The notes below the pieces were generated by a model. The model did no database searches and was not told the DNA's origin. It worked only from the letters and a program-made list of their open reading frames with translations. A stretch of 63,687 nucleotides of DNA, filler included. It is 7 parts of 7 records of this genome, joined end to end, with 100 filler letters (N's around TTAATTAATTAA, not from the genome) between each part and the next. Parts side by side here need not be neighbours in the genome. Positions count along the whole stretch, not along the records: positions 58,090 to 63,687 come from SRR22947725_1453; 6 more parts are not named here. One strand, written 5' to 3'. The position numbers and the translations under genes are program-made. The first letter of the stretch is position 1. Every line of letters starts with the position of its first letter. Of this stretch, positions 58,663 to 63,687 are shown piece by piece.

Positions 58663-61509
58663 ATGCTTAAGAAAACGATTTCGATCCGGGGCGCTCGCAC
58701 CCACAATTTAAAGAATGTTGATCTCGATATCCCGCGCGATTCCCTGACCATCATTACAGGGCTTTCTGGCTCCGGAAAATCATCTCTTGCTTTCGATACG
58801 CTCTATGCAGAGGGTCAAAGGCGATACGTTGAAAGTCTTTCGACCTACGCTCGGCAATTTCTCGCGATCATGGAAAAACCCGAAGTCGATCACATTGAAG
58901 GGTTATCACCTGCGATTTCTATCGAACAAAAATCGACGTCGCATAACCCACGATCAACGGTCGGCACCATTACTGAAATCGCAGACTATCTGCGGCTGTT
59001 GTTCGCACGGGTTGGCACCCCCCATTGCCCAGACCATCATCAGCCTCTCAAAGCACAAACTGTAGCCCAAATGGTCGACCTGGTTTTAGAAACACCACTT
59101 GAAACCCGGCTAATGTTGCTCGCACCCGTTGTTCAGCAAAAGAAAGGAGAGCACCAACAAGTTTTCAAACAGTTAGCCGCCCAAGGTTTTGTGCGAGCGC
59201 GGATCGATGGGGTCGTGACAGACCTTGATGATTTACCGACGCTGGATAAACAAAAGCGACATTCCATCGAGGTTGTGGTCGACCGTTTTAGTGTTCGAGC
59301 CGACCTTGCGACCCGATTAGCGGACTCCTTTGAAACCGCTATCCAGGCGTCGGGAGGCCTCGCTATTATCGCCTACCTTGATGAGCCCGATAAAACGAAT
59401 ATGCTGTTTTCAGCGAATTATGCCTGCCCCACCTGCGGTTATTCCATGCCGGCCTTGGAACCAAGGATCTTCTCGTTCAATAATCCTAACGGCGCCTGCA
59501 AAACTTGTGACGGCCTCGGAACCAAGCGCGTGTTTGACCCTGACGCCATCATTCGAGATGACGAGCTGGCCATCTCAGAGGGCGCTATTTCAGGCTGGGA
59601 CCGCAGGCACGTTTATTATTATCAATTGTTAGAGCAAATCGCGGCCCATTATGATTTCTCCTTGGAGCAACCGTTTCGAGCACTCTCTGAGGCGCATCAA
59701 GCGGTCATTTTATACGGCAGCGGCGAAACCGAAATTCCTTTTTACTATGCAGACCAAACCGGCCAACGCGTGCTGAGACAGCATCGGTTCGAAGGCATTA
59801 TTCCGAACCTTGAGCGACGCTATGACGAGACCAGCTCGCAGGCCGTCAAAGACCAACTCGGGCAATGGCTTCATGAGCGGCAGTGCGCCGCCTGCACCGG
59901 ACAGCGATTGAATCCCGGCGCCTTAGCCGTCACCATTCAATCCAAGAATTATGCCGATATCTCAAATCTTAGTATTGAAGATGCCTTTCAGAGTCTTAAA
60001 ACACTGAACCTCGATGGGCAAGAAGCCGAAATCGCCAAAAAGATTGTCAGCGAAATACTGGCTCGGCTGGGTTTCCTGATCGACGTAGGACTTAATTATC
60101 TTTCCCTGGCACGACCGGCCAATACGCTCTCAGGCGGTGAAGCGCAACGCATCCGTCTTGCAAGCCAGATTGGCGCAGGTCTCGTCGGCGTTATGTATAT
60201 CCTGGATGAACCCTCAATTGGTCTTCATCAACGAGACAATCAACGACTCCTGAGCACCTTGAACAGACTACGTGATCTTGGTAACACCGTTATTGTGGTT
60301 GAACATGATGAAGAAGCCATTCGATCGGCCGATTTTATTGTTGATATTGGTCCAGGCGCGGGTGAATTGGGCGGCGAGATCCTGGCCTCAGGAACGCTTC
60401 AGGATATCCTTGACTGCCCAGCGTCGGTTACTGGCCAGTTTCTATCCGGTGCCCGACGGGTGGCGGTGCCGCTCGATCGACAGCCGCCAAGAGACGCGCA
60501 ATGGCTCAAGCTCCTTGGGGCATCTGGTAATAACCTGCAAACCCTGGACCTGGCCATCCCAATCGGTCTGCTGACCTGCATTACGGGTGTCTCTGGGTCC
60601 GGTAAGTCGACACTGATTAACCAAACCCTATACCCGGTTGCTGCCACTGCATTGAATGGTGCAACCACCCTAACGGCCGCACCCTACGCTGCGATTGAGG
60701 GCCTAACATTTTTAGATAAAGTCGTTGATGTCAGTCAAAGTCCCATTGGTCGAACACCGCGCTCTAACCCGGCAACCTACACCAATATCTTTACCGCGAT
60801 TCGCGATCTTTTCGCGGGTACGGCTGAGGCAAGGTCCAGAGGCTACAAGTCTGGCCGGTTTAGCTTCAACGTTAAAGGGGGTCGCTGCGAGGCGTGCCAA
60901 GGCGATGGCTTGATTAAGGTCGAGATGCATTTCTTGGCTGATATTTATGTGCAATGCGACGAGTGCGAAGGCAAACGCTATAACCGCGAGACGCTTGAGA
61001 TTCTCTATAAAGGGCGCTCCATCGATGCCGTTCTGCATATGACCGTGGATGAAGCGGTGTCCTTTCTAGGCGCAGTGCCCGTGATCAGGCGGCGGCTAGA
61101 GACCTTGCAGGAAGTGGGGCTCGGCTACATCCGCTTAGGTCAGAGTGCAACAACCCTATCCGGCGGTGAAGCTCAGCGCGTTAAACTGGCGCGGGAACTC
61201 GCCAAAGTGGATACCGGCCGAACCCTTTACATCCTTGATGAGCCAACGACCGGATTACACTTTCATGATATCGATCAACTGCTCGGCGTTATCCACAAAC
61301 TGCGTGATCGTGGTAACACCGTGATCGTGATCGAACACAACCTTGATGTGGTTAAAACCGCAGACTGGGTCATTGATCTTGGTCCAGAAGGCGGGGCAGG
61401 GGGCGGACGCATCATCTGCGAAGGCACGCCAGAAACCGTGGCGGCTCACGCCGCCTCATCAACCGGACAATATTTAAAGCCACTACTTGAGCAACATTTT
61501 ACCAGCTAG
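58663..61509 (+). CDS. uvrA: Excinuclease ABC subunit A
   Basis: [32 protein letters not shown], zinc fingers, two [17 protein letters not shown]; start set at MLKKTI. Confidence 0.98.
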   Translation: MLKKTISIRGARTHNLKNVDLDIPRDSLTIITGLSGSGKSSLAFDTLYAEGQRRYVESLSTYARQFLAIMEKPEVDHIEGLSPAISIEQKSTSHNPRSTVGTITEIADYLRLLFARVGTPHCPDHHQPLKAQTVAQMVDLVLETPLETRLMLLAPVVQQKKGEHQQVFKQLAAQGFVRARIDGVVTDLDDLPTLDKQKRHSIEVVVDRFSVRADLATRLADSFETAIQASGGLAIIAYLDEPDKTNMLFSANYACPTCGYSMPALEPRIFSFNNPNGACKTCDGLGTKRVFDPDAIIRDDELAISEGAISGWDRRHVYYYQLLEQIAAHYDFSLEQPFRALSEAHQAVILYGSGETEIPFYYADQTGQRVLRQHRFEGIIPNLERRYDETSSQAVKDQLGQWLHERQCAACTGQRLNPGALAVTIQSKNYADISNLSIEDAFQSLKTLNLDGQEAEIAKKIVSEILARLGFLIDVGLNYLSLARPANTLSGGEAQRIRLASQIGAGLVGVMYILDEPSIGLHQRDNQRLLSTLNRLRDLGNTVIVVEHDEEAIRSADFIVDIGPGAGELGGEILASGTLQDILDCPASVTGQFLSGARRVAVPLDRQPPRDAQWLKLLGASGNNLQTLDLAIPIGLLTCITGVSGSGKSTLINQTLYPVAATALNGATTLTAAPYAAIEGLTFLDKVVDVSQSPIGRTPRSNPATYTNIFTAIRDLFAGTAEARSRGYKSGRFSFNVKGGRCEACQGDGLIKVEMHFLADIYVQCDECEGKRYNRETLEILYKGRSIDAVLHMTVDEAVSFLGAVPVIRRRLETLQEVGLGYIRLGQSATTLSGGEAQRVKLARELAKVDTGRTLYILDEPTTGLHFHDIDQLLGVIHKLRDRGNTVIVIEHNLDVVKTADWVIDLGPEGGAGGGRIICEGTPETVAAHAASSTGQYLKPLLEQHFTS

Positions 61510-61518
61510 CCGGCGACA

Positions 61519-62703
61519 TTAGGCGCTTGCGTACACACTTTGGACCGCATCAATCGCCTGCCCTCGGTGGATGGGTGCGTTACTTTGAGCAAGAACCGCC
61601 TCAAGCGCCGAAACGCACAATAAAACATTTTCAGGTCGACTAGCATATCCCATCAGACCAATTCGCCAGACCTTTCCAGCGAGCGGGCCCAGACCAGCTC
61701 CGATTTCTAAGTTATAAGATCCAAGCAGCGCTCGGCGAATCAACGCCTCGTCAACACCCGCTGGCACCTCAACCAAGTTGAGCTGCGCAAGTCGCTCGGA
61801 CTCCGGTACGAAAAAGCGCAGACCCATTGCCTCAAGCCCCGCTTTAAGCGCCTCATGATTCTGCGCATGACGCGCCCATGCTGCCGAAAGCCCTTCCTCT
61901 GTTGCCATCAACAACGCTTCATGCAACCCGTACAGCGCATTAACTGGCGCAGTATGATGATAAGCCCGCGTTGAGCCTGCACCCCAATATCCCATCACGA
62001 GATTCATGTCTAAAAACCAAGAGGGTACTGGCGTCTTCCGCGTCTGGGTAAGGCTCGCTGCACGTTCAGACATCGTAAAAGGAGAAAGCCCTGGGGCGCA
62101 GGACAGGCACTTTTGCGTGCCGCTATAAACGACATCAGCGCCCCAGCCATCTACGTCAACCTCACAACCGACCAAGGACGTCACACAATCGACAATGGTC
62201 AAACAACCAGCTGCATGAGCCAGTTCACATAAACTTTTCGCATCCGATCGAACCCCAGTTGAGGTCTCAGCATGGACAAAGGCAACAATTTTAGTGTCAG
62301 GATGCGCCTGCAATGCCGAACGCAGTTGCTCCGGGTCAATTGCACGCCCCCAAGCCGTCTCAAGCAAAACCAAGTCACCGCCGAACCGCCGTACGTTTTC
62401 CGCCATACGGCCACCAAACACACCATTTTGTAGGATGATCACCTTATCGCCTGGCTCAATTAGATTCACGAAACTCGCCTCCATCCCCGCACTACCCGGT
62501 GCTGATAGCGGAATGGTTAAAGCGTTCTGAGTTTGAAACACGCCCTGCAACATCACTTTAATCTCATCCATTAACCGGATGAACTCGGGGTCTAAGTGCC
62601 CGATGGTCGGTTTCGCCATCGCTGTCAAAATTCTCGGATGCACGTCGGACGGACCCGGCCCCATTAACGTTCTTGGGATTGGTAAAAACGTTGTGATCAT
62701 CAC
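61519..62703 (-). CDS. Alanine-glyoxylate / serine-pyruvate aminotransferase (class V PLP)
   Basis: LMGPGPS, GHLDP, VHAETSTG, D.V.S, SGTQKCL, YHHTAP, RIGLMG. Confidence 0.92.
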   Translation of the reverse strand: MMITTFLPIPRTLMGPGPSDVHPRILTAMAKPTIGHLDPEFIRLMDEIKVMLQGVFQTQNALTIPLSAPGSAGMEASFVNLIEPGDKVIILQNGVFGGRMAENVRRFGGDLVLLETAWGRAIDPEQLRSALQAHPDTKIVAFVHAETSTGVRSDAKSLCELAHAAGCLTIVDCVTSLVGCEVDVDGWGADVVYSGTQKCLSCAPGLSPFTMSERAASLTQTRKTPVPSWFLDMNLVMGYWGAGSTRAYHHTAPVNALYGLHEALLMATEEGLSAAWARHAQNHEALKAGLEAMGLRFFVPESERLAQLNLVEVPAGVDEALIRRALLGSYNLEIGAGLGPLAGKVWRIGLMGYASRPENVLLCVSALEAVLAQSNAPIHRGQAIDAVQSVYASA

Positions 62704-62760
62704 GGTTATCCTTTTCTCAGGCCTTTAACTCAATACTGGTTAAGGCGTCTTATCAAACGC

Positions 62761-62787
62761 AAAAGGGCCGGATGAACCGGCCCCTTT
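62761..62787 (-). terminator. Rho-independent terminator of the rpoA-rplQ operon
   Basis: GGGCCGG-N5-CCGGCCC stem followed by TTTT on the minus strand, about 20 nt after the rplQ stop. Confidence 0.75.
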
Positions 62788-62805
62788 CTTTCCCTTGAAC
62801 TTCGT

Positions 62806-63204
62806 TCAGGCTTCTTCTACGACATCCAAATCTTCTTCATCGGGAATTTCCCGATCTACTAACTCTACAAAGGCCATCGGTGCTTTATCACCTGCTCTAA
62901 AACCCGCCTTCAAAATTCGAGTGTAGCCGCCTGGACGATCCTGAAAGCGTGGCCCCAAATCAGTGAAAAGCTTACCGACAACCGCTTTATCACCCGTCCT
63001 GGCAAACGCCAACCGACGATTCGCCACAGAATCTTGCTTCGCCAGCGTAATCAACGGCTCAGCAAACCGTCGCAATTCTTTGGCTTTTGGCACAGTCGTC
63101 TTTATGACCTCGTGTTCCATCAGCGAGCAAGCCATGTTCTTGAACATTGCCTTTCGGTGAGAGGCGTTCCGGTTGAGTTGCTTTCCACTTTTTCTATGAC
63201 GCAT
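62806..63204 (-). CDS. rplQ: 50S ribosomal protein L17
   Basis: MRHRKSG..LNR...[22 protein letters not shown]. Confidence 0.98.
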   Translation of the reverse strand: MRHRKSGKQLNRNASHRKAMFKNMACSLMEHEVIKTTVPKAKELRRFAEPLITLAKQDSVANRRLAFARTGDKAVVGKLFTDLGPRFQDRPGGYTRILKAGFRAGDKAPMAFVELVDREIPDEEDLDVVEEA

Positions 63205-63249
63205 GGTAGTTCCTAATCTAACTTAGCTCGGCTTGTTCAGACCGATGAT

Positions 63250-63687
63250 TTAACCTAACAAACGATCGTCACCCCGTAAACTCATGGGTGGCCAGTTCTC
63301 TAGTCGCATTCCCAGTGACAATCCGCGTGATGCCAAGACATCTTTGATTTCAGTGAGTGATTTCTTACCTAAATTCGGTGTTTTCAGCAGTTCCACTTCG
63401 GTCCGGCGAATCAGATCACCAATGTAGTAGATGTTTTCAGCTTTCAAACAGTTTGCCGAACGAACGGTCAGTTCAAGATCATCTACCGGTCTTAACAGGA
63501 TCGGGTCGATTTGTTCTTCAACTTGCTTCTCTTCTGGCGAATCACTGCTTTCTAAATCGACGAAAACGGCAACTTGTTGCTGCAAAATTGTTGCTGCTCG
63601 ACGAATTGCTTCTTCAGGATCAATCGTGCCATTGGTTTCAAGATCAATAATAAGCTTGTCCAAATCAGTTCGCTGTTCAACCCGCGC
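63250..63687 (-). CDS. rpoA: RNA polymerase alpha subunit, C-terminal part
   Basis: [43 protein letters not shown]. Confidence 0.98.
   Translation of the reverse strand, partial: ARVEQRTDLDKLIIDLETNGTIDPEEAIRRAATILQQQVAVFVDLESSDSPEEKQVEEQIDPILLRPVDDLELTVRSANCLKAENIYYIGDLIRRTEVELLKTPNLGKKSLTEIKDVLASRGLSLGMRLENWPPMSLRGDDRLLG

Noticed and set aside
2448-62703. Linking the class-V aminotransferase (61519-62703) to the PuuE operon as a ureidoglycine aminotransferase
   Set aside because: They lie on different contigs with very different GC content, so they come from different organisms
959-63650. Short antisense or off-frame ORFs in the track (for example 959-1186, 10496-10741, 30863-31186, 58787-59065, 63357-63650)
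   Set aside because: They lie within well-supported genes and show no recognisable motifs
1-63687. CRISPR arrays, IS elements, prophage, rRNA or riboswitches
   Set aside because: No regularly spaced repeats, transposase, integrase or phage genes seen; most intergenic gaps are too short for structured leaders

Overview
This window is not one locus. It is seven unrelated marine-bacterial contigs joined by artificial 100-bp spacers (N44-TTAATTAATTAA-N44) at 9826-9925, 16121-16220, 21709-21808, 29220-29319, 50296-50395 and 57990-58089. Taxonomic labels below are inferred from composition and gene order. (1) 1-9825, very AT-rich and SAR11-like: a Dpp/Opp ABC transporter and a LysR-divergent operon (VOC enzyme, AstE/AspA deacylase, PuuE allantoinase, M20 carbamoylase, DegT aminotransferase). 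(2) 9926-16120, SAR86-like: purA end, DUF3604, and glyA-nrdR-ribD-ribB(X)-ribH-nusB without riboflavin synthase. (3) 16221-21708, Pelagibacter-like: fur-miaB-phoH-ybeY-lnt-metK. (4) 21809-29219, SAR86-like: tRNA 5' fragment, PhyH dioxygenase, pip, threonine synthase, FAD monooxygenase, MDR, MAPEG, PhzF and MFS. (5) 29320-50295, an AT-rich SAR11-like surface-glycan island for a legionaminic-acid-type nonulosonate with heavy tailoring: two amidotransferases plus HisH/HisF paralogues, a methyltransferase, a deacetylase and formyltransferase pair, two radical SAM enzymes, an SDR, an OYE and a small lectin-like protein. (6) 50396-57989, Flavobacteriia: M20 hydrolase, pirin, amidase, murF, gldJ, porV and pdhA start, with porU absent from its usual site. 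(7) 58090-63687, a higher-GC gammaproteobacterium: MFS, uvrA, class-V aminotransferase, rplQ and rpoA. The best candidates for undescribed biology are the glycan-tailoring modules of contig 5 and the LysR-controlled ureide-type catabolic operon of contig 1. All functional calls come from motif recognition; no database search was run.
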